NCBI GenBank assembly: GCA_040005235.1
Contig: JBDTZG010000012.1
Location: forward strand, 32,001-96,000
Origin: Acidobacteriota bacterium
Lineage (GTDB): Bacteria; Acidobacteriota; Thermoanaerobaculia; Multivoradales; UBA5704
Reading direction: 5' to 3'
Length of the DNA stretch: 64,000 nt
The notes beneath the pieces are model-generated. The model was not told the DNA's origin. It ran no database searches and saw only the letters and a program-made list of their open reading frames with translations. Below are positions 36,354-46,176 of the stretch, in pieces (within the stretch, counting starts at the first letter, position 1; every line of letters begins with the position of its first letter). The position numbers and the translations under genes were made by a program.

Positions 36354-39248
36354 ATGAACGGTCGCCGTCGCTCCTTGCTCGCTCTCCTCGTTCTGATCGG
36401 CGCTCTTCAGCTCGCCACCCCTGCCGCGCACGGCATCGATCATGCCGTCCAGGTGGGTCCCGGCACCACCTTCTCGCCGCAGTTCTTGGACATCACGGCC
36501 GGCGACACCGTGACCTGGACGAGCGCAGGGGGTTTCCACAATGTCGTCGCGGACAACGGGACCTTCCGCTGTTCGAACGGCTGCGATGGCGAGGGGGGCG
36601 ACGGCAGTCCCTCCGCCGCCGGCTGGAGCTTCACCCGGACCTACCCCGCCAACGGCATCTACGGCTATCACTGCGAGGTCCATGGATCACCCGGCAGCGG
36701 CATGTACGGGACGGTTACGGTGCATGGCGTGACTCCTCCGGGAACGATCCAGTTCGCTTCCACCGCTTTCACGGTCGGCGAAGAGGAGCCCTCGGTCTAT
36801 TTCACGATTTCGCGAACCGGCGGCAGCGACGGCGAGGTCTCGGTCGTGATCAACACCAGCAATGGGACGGCCACAGCCGGACAGGATTACACGCCTTTGA
36901 ACAACGTCATGCTGGTCTGGGGCCCCGGCGAAAGCGGGATCAAAACCTTTGGGATACCGATCACCGACGACATACTGAACGAGCCGACCGAGACATTTTT
37001 TCTCAGCCTCTCCGATCCCCAAGGCGGCACCACCATCAGCAATCCGTCCACCGCCACCGTGACGATTCACGACAACGACGCGCCGGCTTCGCCCGGCACC
37101 ATCGCTTTTACGGGAAGCTCGTTCTCCGGGCCGGAAGGCGGGGACGCCACCATTTCGATCTCTCGCACCGGCGGCACCACCGGGCCGGTCTCGGTTTCGT
37201 ACGCGACGAGCAACGGCACCGCCGTCGCCGGTTCGGACTACACCGCGGCGGCGGGCACGGTGAGCTTTGCCGACGGTCAAGGGGGACCGAGGACCATCCC
37301 GATCTCCTTGCTCGCCGACGACGCGTTCGAAGGGAGCGAAAACTTCACAGTCGCCCTCTCAGGCCCGACCGGCGGCGCCTCTCTGGGCAGCCCGACGAAC
37401 GCGAGCGTGACGATCTTGGACGACGACTCTCCCCCGCCCACGGGCGACACCTTTACGGATGCCGAAGTCGCCTGTGACGCCGCGCGCCTCACCGGCCTCC
37501 TCGCGCGGACCACGGCGACGCCGAGGGCGGCGGCCAAGCTCACGAACCTCAATGTCTCGTTCACCGGGACGGGGGATTTCGCCGGCATCGCCACCGAAGG
37601 CACCGGCCCGCAGACGGTTGAAAAGGCGCTCGCGTTTTCGTCCAATCCGGAGGAGACCACCTTCCTCCGGAACCCCGTGCGGCCGCAGCTCTTCTCGGTG
37701 AGCCTGACCCGCAACGACCTCAACTCCGACCTGGTCGCCGCCGCTACCGATCCGGAGGCGATTCGCCTGGCGATCAATCCGACGCTCGACGTGCATCCCC
37801 CGGTCGGAAACCTACTCGCGATCGACAGCGTTTCGGGCGCTGCCGGAAAGATCGCCGACGCCAAGCCGGGCCGCGGCCTCGCGCCGCTTCTGGCGCCTTG
37901 CCATCGGCGCTTCTCCGATCGCGACGTCCACCTGTTCCGGGTACTCGCGAAGATGGCGCGAGCCGAGCTGTCGGGAGCGCCGAGGACCGAGATCGCGATC
38001 TATCGCGGAACGGAGACCGACAGCTACCGCCTGGATGCTTTCCCCTACAAAGCCAACGGCGCGAGCCTGGGCCGGCTCTCGGCGACGCTCGACGCGACGT
38101 TTACCGCCGCGGGTGCGCTCGATCAAGGGACGCTACGCATTCTGCCCCGCTGCACGGAGGGCCAGACGAGCGATTGCACGGACGTGGTGGGAGCCGCCGC
38201 TCTCGCGCTTTACCGGCCGGAGACCTCGGGAACGCCGTCCACGACTTTCGTGCGCCTCGAAAGCGGCGTCGCCGAGTTCGAATGGGACAACCTGCTCCAA
38301 GGCACCACCTGGGAAAAGCCACTGGCCGGCGTGTTTTTCCCGGCGCTTCGAGCTTCGGCCGCGCTCACCCCCACCGAAACCCTGTGCGATGAGAACCGGC
38401 TCGCCGGACTGCTCGCCAAGTCGACCGCGCTGGCCGCGCGCAACGCGAAGACTTCGAATCTCGCGGTTTCGTTCACCGCAACCGGCGATTTCGCCGGTAT
38501 CGCGACCTCGGGCAACGGTCCTGGCACGCCGGAGGCGGCGCTCGCGTTCTCCTCGAATCCGGAAGAGACGACGCTGCTGCGCAACCCGGCCCGGCCGCAG
38601 CTCTTCTCGGTGAGCGTGACCCGGAACGATCTCAACTCCGACCTCGTGGCCTCCGGCAACGCCGACGAGCTGCGCCTCTCGATCATCCCGACGCTCGACG
38701 CCAACCCGCACGCCGGCAACCTGCTCTCGATCGACAACTTGGCGGCTCCTGCCGGCCGGCCGGCCGATGCCAAGCCGGGGCGCGGCCTCGCTCCCCTGCT
38801 GAACCCTTGCCACGACGATTTCAGCGAAGCGGACGTCCACGTCTTCCGAGTGCTCGAAAAAGTCGTGCGCGGCGAATACGCGGGGGGCAAAAGTGTCGAG
38901 ATCGCGATCTATCGCGGCGAGGCTTCCGACACCTACCGGATCGACGCGGTGCCGATCGGCGCCGACGGCCTCGGTCGCGGTCGGCTTTCGGCGCTGCTCG
39001 AGCTCCTTTTCACCCCCGCGGGCGACCTCGCGACCGGACGCCTCACCCTCCTTCCCCGTTGCGCCGCGGGAGAGACCACCGGTTGCACGGACGTGGTCGG
39101 AACGACGGCTCTCGCCCTGTTCAAACCGGTCCTACCGGGGGCGTTTCCACCGCCGACAACCTATCGGGTTTCGACCGCAGGACCGGCGAGCGTGACGATC
39201 GATTTCGCGGATCTGCTCGCCGGTACGTCCTGGCGGCGACCGTTGTAG
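36354..39248 (+). CDS. Secreted cupredoxin + two Calx-beta domains + duplicated unknown domain
   Basis: HNVV...YHCEVHGSPGSGM type-1 Cu ligands; NGTATAGQDY / NGTAVAGSDY Calx-beta; two homologous ~290-aa C-terminal repeats. Confidence 0.85.
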   Translation: MNGRRRSLLALLVLIGALQLATPAAHGIDHAVQVGPGTTFSPQFLDITAGDTVTWTSAGGFHNVVADNGTFRCSNGCDGEGGDGSPSAAGWSFTRTYPANGIYGYHCEVHGSPGSGMYGTVTVHGVTPPGTIQFASTAFTVGEEEPSVYFTISRTGGSDGEVSVVINTSNGTATAGQDYTPLNNVMLVWGPGESGIKTFGIPITDDILNEPTETFFLSLSDPQGGTTISNPSTATVTIHDNDAPASPGTIAFTGSSFSGPEGGDATISISRTGGTTGPVSVSYATSNGTAVAGSDYTAAAGTVSFADGQGGPRTIPISLLADDAFEGSENFTVALSGPTGGASLGSPTNASVTILDDDSPPPTGDTFTDAEVACDAARLTGLLARTTATPRAAAKLTNLNVSFTGTGDFAGIATEGTGPQTVEKALAFSSNPEETTFLRNPVRPQLFSVSLTRNDLNSDLVAAATDPEAIRLAINPTLDVHPPVGNLLAIDSVSGAAGKIADAKPGRGLAPLLAPCHRRFSDRDVHLFRVLAKMARAELSGAPRTEIAIYRGTETDSYRLDAFPYKANGASLGRLSATLDATFTAAGALDQGTLRILPRCTEGQTSDCTDVVGAAALALYRPETSGTPSTTFVRLESGVAEFEWDNLLQGTTWEKPLAGVFFPALRASAALTPTETLCDENRLAGLLAKSTALAARNAKTSNLAVSFTATGDFAGIATSGNGPGTPEAALAFSSNPEETTLLRNPARPQLFSVSVTRNDLNSDLVASGNADELRLSIIPTLDANPHAGNLLSIDNLAAPAGRPADAKPGRGLAPLLNPCHDDFSEADVHVFRVLEKVVRGEYAGGKSVEIAIYRGEASDTYRIDAVPIGADGLGRGRLSALLELLFTPAGDLATGRLTLLPRCAAGETTGCTDVVGTTALALFKPVLPGAFPPPTTYRVSTAGPASVTIDFADLLAGTSWRRPL

Positions 39249-39273
39249 TCGAGGAGCAACGATTCCAGAAACG

Positions 39274-41091
39274 CTACACCCGCCGCAGCACCACGACCGC
39301 CGCGAGCACCAACAGCGCGGCGAGCAGCAAGCCTCCTGCTCCTGAGAGGGCCGGAACGTCGGTGACCGGAACCGGAACTCCGGTGATCGTAAGGCTCGCG
39401 GGCGTTCCGGCACCCAGAGCGTCGCTGACGATGAGAGTCACCCGGTACTCCCCCGGGAGGTCGGGCACCAGGCTCGCCTGAACGCTTGTGGCGTTCGCGA
39501 GAGCCGCCGCGCTGCCGACCGGTCTGGCGATCAACGACCACTGATAAGAGAGCGCGTCGTTTTCGGGATCGGTGCTGCCGGTACCCAAGAGCAGCACCGG
39601 CGTGCCGATTCGGACGATCGTAGCGCTCGCCTGCGCCACCGCCGTCGGAGCGGCGTTGCCGATCACGGTGACCGGATCGACCGGGCTCGCCAGGCCGTCT
39701 TCATCAGTCACCACCAGCTGGGCGACGTAGGTTCCCGGGACATCGGCAACGAAGCTCGGCGTGGCAGTTGTCGCGGCTTTCAAGAGGGCCGCGCTCCCCG
39801 CCGGCCGGGTGGTCAAACTCCACGCGAAGCCGAGGTTCGCTCCGGCGGTCACGTCGTCGTTCGAGGCGCCGCCGTCGAGATTCACCGCGCTTCCCGGCCG
39901 AACCGTCTGGTCGGCCCCGGCCACGGCAATGGGAGGTTGGGACAGGCCGAGGCGGAAGATCTCGCTGGTCCTCAGATAGCTTGCGCCGTCGAAGCCGCCG
40001 GCCACGAGCACCTCGCCGCTCGGCAGCAGCGCCGCCGCCTGGGCCACTCGGACTACCGCCATCGAAGGAACGGTGCGCCATGCATTCGTCGCGGGATGAT
40101 AAATCTCGGCGCTCGCGTTGACAGTCGTCCCGCTTCCCACCTGCGCCCCGCCCACGACGAGCACGTCGCCGTTAGGCAGCAGGGTCGCCGTGTGGCGGCC
40201 GCGATGAAACGCCATGGGGGCGGCGGCCGACCAGGAACCGGCCAGAGGGTCGTAGATCTCCGCCGAGTCGCGGTTGGCGGTGTCGGCTCCCGCGGAATGG
40301 CCGCCGGTCACCAGCACCCGGCCGTCCGGCAGGCGCGTCGCGGTATGGAAACTCCGGGCGGCGGCGAGCGGGCCGGTTAGCGCAAAGGTGCCGGTCGCCG
40401 GGTCGTACAGCTCGCAGCGCGATTCGACCGTGAGGCCGATCCGCTGCCCCCCTCCGACGACGAGAACCTGGCCGGCGTTCGGCCCGGTGCTGAGCAGGGT
40501 CAGGCTATGGCCGGCGCGCAACGCGACCATCGAGCCGGTCGGGCTCCAGGTCGAGGTAGCCGGATCGAACAGCTCCGCCGAGCCGTAGGTCGGACCGTCC
40601 GCGCCGCCGTTGTAACCGCCGGAAAAGAGCACTTTCCCGCTCGGCAGCAAGATCATCGCCCCGGCGAAGCGATCGAGCGATGGATGGTTCGCCGTCAGCG
40701 ACCAGGAATGCGTGGCCTCGGTAAAAAGTTCGGAAATCTTGGCTCCGCCGTCGTACTGCTCGCCGGCCACCAGGATCTTGCCGTTGACCAACTTCACCGC
40801 CTGGAACTGATAGCGGTGCGAATTCATCATTGCGGCCGTCTCGCTGAAAGTTTGGCCGGCGAGCGAAAAGATATCCGCGCGGTTCGTATATCCGGGAACC
40901 GGGATGACCCCACCCGGGGCGAGCAGGTCTCCCGAAGGGAGAGGAACGAGCGCGAAATAGCCGCGCCCGACCGACAGGTCCGGCCCCGGCAGCCACTGCT
41001 CGATCGCCGCCGCGGGAAGCGCCGTCGTGACAAGAAAGATCGCCGCCAACCAAGCCAACCGCCTACGATCGCGCAAGAAGCCTGGGCGCAT
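39274..41091 (-). CDS. Kelch-repeat + PKD-like surface protein with an IPTL-CTERM-type tail
   Basis: HTATRLPDGRVLVTGG...AEIYDP repeats; PIAVAGADQ; C-terminal VPALS, TM helix, RR. Confidence 0.85.
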   Translation of the reverse strand: MRPGFLRDRRRLAWLAAIFLVTTALPAAAIEQWLPGPDLSVGRGYFALVPLPSGDLLAPGGVIPVPGYTNRADIFSLAGQTFSETAAMMNSHRYQFQAVKLVNGKILVAGEQYDGGAKISELFTEATHSWSLTANHPSLDRFAGAMILLPSGKVLFSGGYNGGADGPTYGSAELFDPATSTWSPTGSMVALRAGHSLTLLSTGPNAGQVLVVGGGQRIGLTVESRCELYDPATGTFALTGPLAAARSFHTATRLPDGRVLVTGGHSAGADTANRDSAEIYDPLAGSWSAAAPMAFHRGRHTATLLPNGDVLVVGGAQVGSGTTVNASAEIYHPATNAWRTVPSMAVVRVAQAAALLPSGEVLVAGGFDGASYLRTSEIFRLGLSQPPIAVAGADQTVRPGSAVNLDGGASNDDVTAGANLGFAWSLTTRPAGSAALLKAATTATPSFVADVPGTYVAQLVVTDEDGLASPVDPVTVIGNAAPTAVAQASATIVRIGTPVLLLGTGSTDPENDALSYQWSLIARPVGSAAALANATSVQASLVPDLPGEYRVTLIVSDALGAGTPASLTITGVPVPVTDVPALSGAGGLLLAALLVLAAVVVLRRV

Positions 41092-41345
41092 GATCAACCT
41101 CCCGAATTCGCCTGCGATGAGCCCGGCGGCATGGACATCGAGCCGGGCAGAAAAAGCTGTCGGGAGAGAAGACCCAGAGGCGCTACGTAGGTGTTAGCGT
41201 GACTTCGGAAAGAAAAGGGTACCGCAGCGATGGCCTACCCCGCAACGATGCTTCGGTTGCGACGTTTCACCCGCGGTTGAAACGCCCCCCCCCGGCCTGT
41301 CCTAACATCCCCCATCACAACAACTCCCAGGAGAGAGGAATCCCC

Positions 41346-41654
41346 ATGCTCACCCTCAGCATCCGCTACCAGATCGACCCCAACAAGCTGCGCGATTTCG
41401 AGACCTACGCCAAAAGCATCGCCGAGCCGATCCGCCGCTCGGGCGGCGACCTGATTGGCTACTTCCTGCCGACCCGCTTCGCCGGTCGCACCAACGAGGC
41501 GCTCGCCCTGATCGATTTTCCGGACCTAGCGGCTTACGAGCGCTATCGCGAGGCTCTCGGCAAAGACCCCGAAAACATGGCGAGCATCGCGCAGGTCGAG
41601 AGCAGCTGCTGCATTCTTTGCGAGGACCGGGGAATCATGCAGCGGGTTTCTTGA
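41346..41654 (+). CDS. NIPSNAP-family protein
   Basis: GAGGA RBS; IRYQIDP...GYFLP...DLAAYERYR. Confidence 0.8.
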   Translation: MLTLSIRYQIDPNKLRDFETYAKSIAEPIRRSGGDLIGYFLPTRFAGRTNEALALIDFPDLAAYERYREALGKDPENMASIAQVESSCCILCEDRGIMQRVS

Positions 41655-41719
41655 CGACACCCCCGCCGGCTACGTTTCAAACCGATGGCAAACCGACACC
41701 TCGGATAGCATGCGCCGCC

Positions 41720-42664
41720 ATGCCCGCTCTGGCCGATGCCCCCTACCGCCCCGCCTCCAAGCGCCGGGCAATCGCCGAGGCACTGTTCGCCGTCGTCGTC
41801 TGGGGCGCCACATTCGTAGCGACCAAGCGGGCTTTGGCGGATGCTTCTCCGGCGTTCGTGGTGGCGATTCGGTCGGGGCTTGGGGCTCTCGTGCTCGCGG
41901 GGGTCGCGGCCTGGCGCGGCGAGATGGCTCGGGTTCCGTTACGCCTGCTCGGCAGGCTCGCGTTTCTTGGGTTTCTTGGCATCGGCTTCCACCAATGGCT
42001 CCAGGCGCAGGCTTTGATGACGTCGGACGCTTCGACCGCCGCGTGGCTGGTGACGGTGTCGCCGATCTTTACCGCGTTGCTCAGCCGGACGATGCTCGGC
42101 GAGCGGTTGGGGTGGGTTGGACTCGCGGGAATCGGAGTCGCCGCGTTCGGCGTGCTCTGGGTGGTGGCGCGCGGCGACCTGGGCCATCTCGCACAGAGCG
42201 GCTTCGGCACGATGGGCGATTTTCTGATGCTGTTCTCCGCCCTCAACTGGTCGATCTACACGGTTTTCTCGCGCCGAGTGCTCAAGGCGCAGCCCGCCGG
42301 GCGTACGACGTTTTACGTCCTCGCGTTCGGTTGCCTGTTCTCCGCGCTCTGGTGGGTCGCGGCACCCGGCGGGTCGCTCGGCGCTTCGATCGCGAAGATC
42401 GGCCCCGGGGCCTGGATCGCGATCGCGTTTCTCGGCATTCTGGGCTCGGCGTTGGCACCGCTCGCCTGGAACGACGCGCTCGAAACCATTCCCGCCGCGC
42501 GCCTTTCGGTGTTTCTCTATTTGGAGCCGCCGATCACCACCGCGCTCGCGGTCGCGATCGGTCAGGAAGCGTGGCGCTGGGCGACGCTGTGGGGCGGGTT
42601 GTTGATCGTTCTGGGGGTGGTGATGGTGAATCTGCGGACGCGAAAGCCTTCATCCGAGGAGTAG
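41720..42664 (+). CDS. DMT/EamA-family transporter
   Basis: About 10 TM helices; WGATFVATK, SPIFTALL, FLYLEP. Confidence 0.9.
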   Translation: MPALADAPYRPASKRRAIAEALFAVVVWGATFVATKRALADASPAFVVAIRSGLGALVLAGVAAWRGEMARVPLRLLGRLAFLGFLGIGFHQWLQAQALMTSDASTAAWLVTVSPIFTALLSRTMLGERLGWVGLAGIGVAAFGVLWVVARGDLGHLAQSGFGTMGDFLMLFSALNWSIYTVFSRRVLKAQPAGRTTFYVLAFGCLFSALWWVAAPGGSLGASIAKIGPGAWIAIAFLGILGSALAPLAWNDALETIPAARLSVFLYLEPPITTALAVAIGQEAWRWATLWGGLLIVLGVVMVNLRTRKPSSEE

Positions 42665-42671
42665 GGGCGCC

Positions 42672-43178
42672 CTACTCCAGCTCAAACAACGGATCGCCGC
42701 CTTCGACGGCTTGGCCGGTCTGGACGTAGATCGCTTTGATCGTGCCGTCGGCTTCGGCGAGGATCTCGTTCTGCATCTTCATCGCTTCGAGGACGATGAT
42801 GCCTTGGCCGGCGACCACTTGGGCTCCGGTCTCGGCGAGGATTGCCACCACCCGGCCCGGCATGTAGGCCGCGACCTTCCGGTGGCGGCGGCGGGCGTCG
42901 GAGCCGCCGGTGGTCGCCGCGAGGTGGGCGAGCGGATCGGCGATATCCACCTCCCAGGAAGCGGACGCGCCGGAGACGCGCAGGGTCTCTTCGCCGCTCG
43001 CGCGGACCACGACCTCGCGCTGTACCCCGTCGAACCGCAGGCTGTAGGCGCCCCGTCCGAGGACCGAGGCGTCGACGCGGTGGACGACCTCGCCGATCGT
43101 CACCTCGTACCCTCCGTCGCCGTCGCGGCGCACCCGTGCCCGCTCTTCCCGCTCACCCAGCTTGACCCAGAGGTCCAT
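42672..43178 (-). CDS. Biotin carboxyl carrier subunit
   Basis: MPGRVV and EAMKMQNEI biotinylation motif. Confidence 0.9.
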   Translation of the reverse strand: MDLWVKLGEREERARVRRDGDGGYEVTIGEVVHRVDASVLGRGAYSLRFDGVQREVVVRASGEETLRVSGASASWEVDIADPLAHLAATTGGSDARRRHRKVAAYMPGRVVAILAETGAQVVAGQGIIVLEAMKMQNEILAEADGTIKAIYVQTGQAVEGGDPLFELE

Positions 43179-43180
43179 CG

Positions 43181-44731
43181 TCAACCCTTCCGGCCGCCGC
43201 CCGGGCGCAGGGCGTCACGCCGGCCGGCCGCGCGCCAGAGCGTCCGGCGACCGGTCGAGCGCGGCACGGCGGTCGCGCGCTGGGCGCGCTCGAAATGGTG
43301 GATCGCGGCGGCCACGAGCGGCAGATCGCCCGATTCTTCGACGCCCAGTCCGTGCAATTCGCCGCTCGCGAGCTTGCGGTCGAGCATGCCGATGTTCATA
43401 TTGCCGGAGCGGAAATCGGGATCGGCGAGCAGCGCGCGGAACAGCGGCGCGGTCGTGCGAATCCCTTCGATCCGCAGCTCCGTGAGCGCCCGGGAGAGCC
43501 GGGCGAGCGCGCGCGGTCGGTTTTCCGCCCAGACGATCAGCTTCGCGAGCATCGGATCGTAGTGGATCGAGACCTCCGCCCCTTCGTAGACCCCGGCGTC
43601 GTTGCGGATGCCCGGTCCTTCGGGCCAGCGGAGGAGGTGGATTTTGCCGGGCGAGGGCTTGAATTTCTGGAACGGGTCCTCGGCGTAGAGCCGGACCTCG
43701 ATCGCGTGGCCACGCGGCTGGACGTCGTCGAATTCGGGGCCGAGCGGCTCCCCCTCTGCCACTCGGATCTGGGTGTAGACGAGATCGAGGCCGGTTACCA
43801 GCTCGGTCACCGGGTGCTCCACCTGAAGCCGGGTGTTCATCTCCAGGAAGTAGAAGTTTAGGTCGGCGTCGAGCAGGAACTCGCAGGTTCCGGCGTTCGC
43901 GTACCCCACCGCCGAAGCGGCGCGCACGGCCGCCTCGCCCATCCGGCGGCGCAGGTCGGGCGAGACCACCGGCGAGGGCGCCTCTTCGACCACCTTCTGG
44001 TGCCGGCGCTGGAGCGAGCATTCGCGCTCGCCGAGCGAGACCACCCGGCCGTGGAGGTCGCCCATCACCTGGATTTCGACGTGGCGCGGATCGACGATGA
44101 ATTTTTCGATGTAGACCGCGCCGTCGCCGAAGCTGGCCAACGCCTCGGCGCTCGCGCCGCGAAACGCCGCCGCGATCTCGGGCTCTGAATCGACCCGGCG
44201 CATCCCCTTGCCGCCGCCGCCCGCCGAGGCCTTGATCATCACCGGATAGCCGATCGAGGCGGCAAACGCCGCGGCCCCTTCGGCATCGGCGATCGGATCG
44301 CGCCCGCCGGGGACGACCGGCACGCCGGCATCGATCATCCGGCGCCGGCTTTCGACCTTCGAGCCCATCGCGTCCATCGCCTCGGGCGAGGGGCCGATGA
44401 AGACCACCCCCGCCTCGCGGCACATGCGGGCGAATTCGGCGCGCTCCGAGAGAAAGCCGTAGCCGGGATGGATCGCGTCCGCGCCGATCCGCTTCGCGAG
44501 ATCGACGATCTCCTGCCCTTTCAGATAGCTCTCGCGCGAGGGGGCCGGGCCGATCGGATACGCCTCGTCGGCGAGCAGAACGGGAAGGCTCTTCCTATCC
44601 GGCTCGGAGTAGATGACGGCGGAGCGAATGCCCATTTCGCGCAGGGTGCGCAGCACGCGCACCGCGATTTCGCCGCGATTGGCGATCAGCACTTTCTTCA
44701 ACTTACGGGCGATGGGCGGAGGAGTAGGCAA
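43181..44731 (-). CDS. accC: Biotin carboxylase subunit of an acyl-CoA carboxylase
   Basis: ANRGEIA, HPGYGFLSE, GGGGKGMR, RECSLQRRHQK, EMNTRLQVEHPVTE. Confidence 0.92.
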   Translation of the reverse strand: MPTPPPIARKLKKVLIANRGEIAVRVLRTLREMGIRSAVIYSEPDRKSLPVLLADEAYPIGPAPSRESYLKGQEIVDLAKRIGADAIHPGYGFLSERAEFARMCREAGVVFIGPSPEAMDAMGSKVESRRRMIDAGVPVVPGGRDPIADAEGAAAFAASIGYPVMIKASAGGGGKGMRRVDSEPEIAAAFRGASAEALASFGDGAVYIEKFIVDPRHVEIQVMGDLHGRVVSLGERECSLQRRHQKVVEEAPSPVVSPDLRRRMGEAAVRAASAVGYANAGTCEFLLDADLNFYFLEMNTRLQVEHPVTELVTGLDLVYTQIRVAEGEPLGPEFDDVQPRGHAIEVRLYAEDPFQKFKPSPGKIHLLRWPEGPGIRNDAGVYEGAEVSIHYDPMLAKLIVWAENRPRALARLSRALTELRIEGIRTTAPLFRALLADPDFRSGNMNIGMLDRKLASGELHGLGVEESGDLPLVAAAIHHFERAQRATAVPRSTGRRTLWRAAGRRDALRPGGGRKG

Positions 44732-44751
44732 GGTGGCATATCCTACCTGGA

Positions 44752-45513
44752 ATGCCTGTTCCTTCGCCCGTTCGGCTGGCGGTCTGGTCCGGTCCCCGGA
44801 ACATCTCGACTGCGATGATGCGCTCGTTCGAGAGCCGTTCCGACAGCCACGTCACCGACGAGCCGCTCTACAGCCACTACCTGAAATCGACCGGCCTCCC
44901 CCATCCCGGCCGGGACGAGGTCATCGCCCACCACGAGAGCGACTGGCGGAAGGTTGTCGCGTGGCTCACCGGGCCGGTGCCGGGAGGCAAGGCGCTCTGG
45001 TACCAGAAGCACATGGCCCATCACCTGCTGCCGGAGATCGACCGAGGCGATCTCCCGGGTACTAAGGACGGCGACTGGCTCTCGCAGCTCGAAAACTGCT
45101 TCCTGATTCGCGAGCCGCGGGCGATGCTCGCCTCGCTCGCCAAGGTCATTCCGAATCCGACGATCGAAGACACCGGCCTGCCCCAACAGGTGGAGCTGTT
45201 CGAGCGGATCCGCGCCCGGCGCGGCGCGGCGCCTCCGGTGGTCGACGCAAGGGACGTGCTGGTCGATCCGCGCCGAACGTTGAGCGCGCTCTGCGAGCGG
45301 GTGGGAATCGAATTCGAGGACTCGATGCTCGCCTGGCCCCCGGGCCGGCGGGCGACCGACGGGATCTGGGCCGAGCACTGGTATGCGGAGGTCGAACGCT
45401 CGACCGGTTTCGCCCCCTACCGGCCGAAAGGCAACGATCTGCCCGAAAGGCTTGCGCCGCTCGCGAAACAGTGCGGAGAGCTGTACGACCGGTTGGCCGA
45501 TCATCGGCTGTAG
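44752..45513 (+). CDS. Sulfotransferase-like P-loop protein (BCAT-associated type)
   Basis: WSGPRNISTAMMRSF, DEPLY, QKHMAHH, DGIWAEHWY. Confidence 0.8.
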   Translation: MPVPSPVRLAVWSGPRNISTAMMRSFESRSDSHVTDEPLYSHYLKSTGLPHPGRDEVIAHHESDWRKVVAWLTGPVPGGKALWYQKHMAHHLLPEIDRGDLPGTKDGDWLSQLENCFLIREPRAMLASLAKVIPNPTIEDTGLPQQVELFERIRARRGAAPPVVDARDVLVDPRRTLSALCERVGIEFEDSMLAWPPGRRATDGIWAEHWYAEVERSTGFAPYRPKGNDLPERLAPLAKQCGELYDRLADHRL

Positions 45514-45587
45514 GGTCCGCACGGGCTTTCCGTCCTCTGGAGGGGGCGGTCCGGCCCCGCCGATCCTGATTTCGCCCCGCACGAAAT

Positions 45588-45605
45588 GTTGGCCGCAACC
45601 TTGCA
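45588..45605 (+). promoter_or_regulatory. Sigma54 (-24/-12) promoter
   Basis: gTTGGCcgcaaccTTGCA with GG-N10-GC spacing; nearly identical copy at 47842. Confidence 0.75.
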
Positions 45606-45678
45606 AATGGGGAGAGCATGAGACAATTCCTTGCCCGCATTGGAGCGAGGTTCGATGAGCTCTGAGGAGAGTATCGCC

Positions 45679-46170
45679 ATGAGTTTGATCCACTGTTTTT
45701 CCTCGCGCCGTTGCGCGTTCCTTGCGATCGGATTCGCCGCAGTCGCGGGCTTCGCGCTCGCAGCACCGGCCGCCGTCAAGGCCGACGAAGTCTCCCGGGT
45801 CATCGCCATTCAGGTCTACGCCCAGGCCAACGGCGAGGACGACTCCACCCTCTATGGCGTCGCCCCGGAAAACGAGCCGGTCGATGTCTCCGCCGGCCAG
45901 CGGCTGCGTCTCACCCTGGTGGGAACCGGACTGGTCGACGGCACGGGGGAGGAGATCGAAATCCCGGCATCCTTCAATGTAGCGGCCGGCCCGAGCGTCG
46001 ACATCATCGGCCGCGGCAGTAACTGGGTCGACGTGTCCATCCGGCGCAACGCGAGCGGAGTCGCCGGGCAAATCGGCTATCGGGTGGGCGACGACTACGA
46101 AATGCGCGGCGAAATCCGCACCGGCTGGATCGTCCTTCAGGTGGAAGAAGAGGAAGAGGAAGAGGAATAG
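45679..46170 (+). CDS. Secreted protein, paralog 1 (shared beta domain only, poly-Glu end)
   Basis: GAGGAG RBS; signal peptide; VIAIQVYA..YGVAPENE..RLRLTL. Confidence 0.75.
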   Translation: MSLIHCFSSRRCAFLAIGFAAVAGFALAAPAAVKADEVSRVIAIQVYAQANGEDDSTLYGVAPENEPVDVSAGQRLRLTLVGTGLVDGTGEEIEIPASFNVAAGPSVDIIGRGSNWVDVSIRRNASGVAGQIGYRVGDDYEMRGEIRTGWIVLQVEEEEEEEE

Positions 46171-46176
46171 AACGCC

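Noticed and set aside
37459-39248. Long direct repeat as a DGR TR/VR pair or mobile element
   Set aside because: In-frame domain duplication with differences not confined to adenines
41241-41284. Two short hairpins upstream of the NIPSNAP gene as a riboswitch
   Set aside because: No recognisable aptamer consensus; the 7-bp stems could be chance or a simple operator
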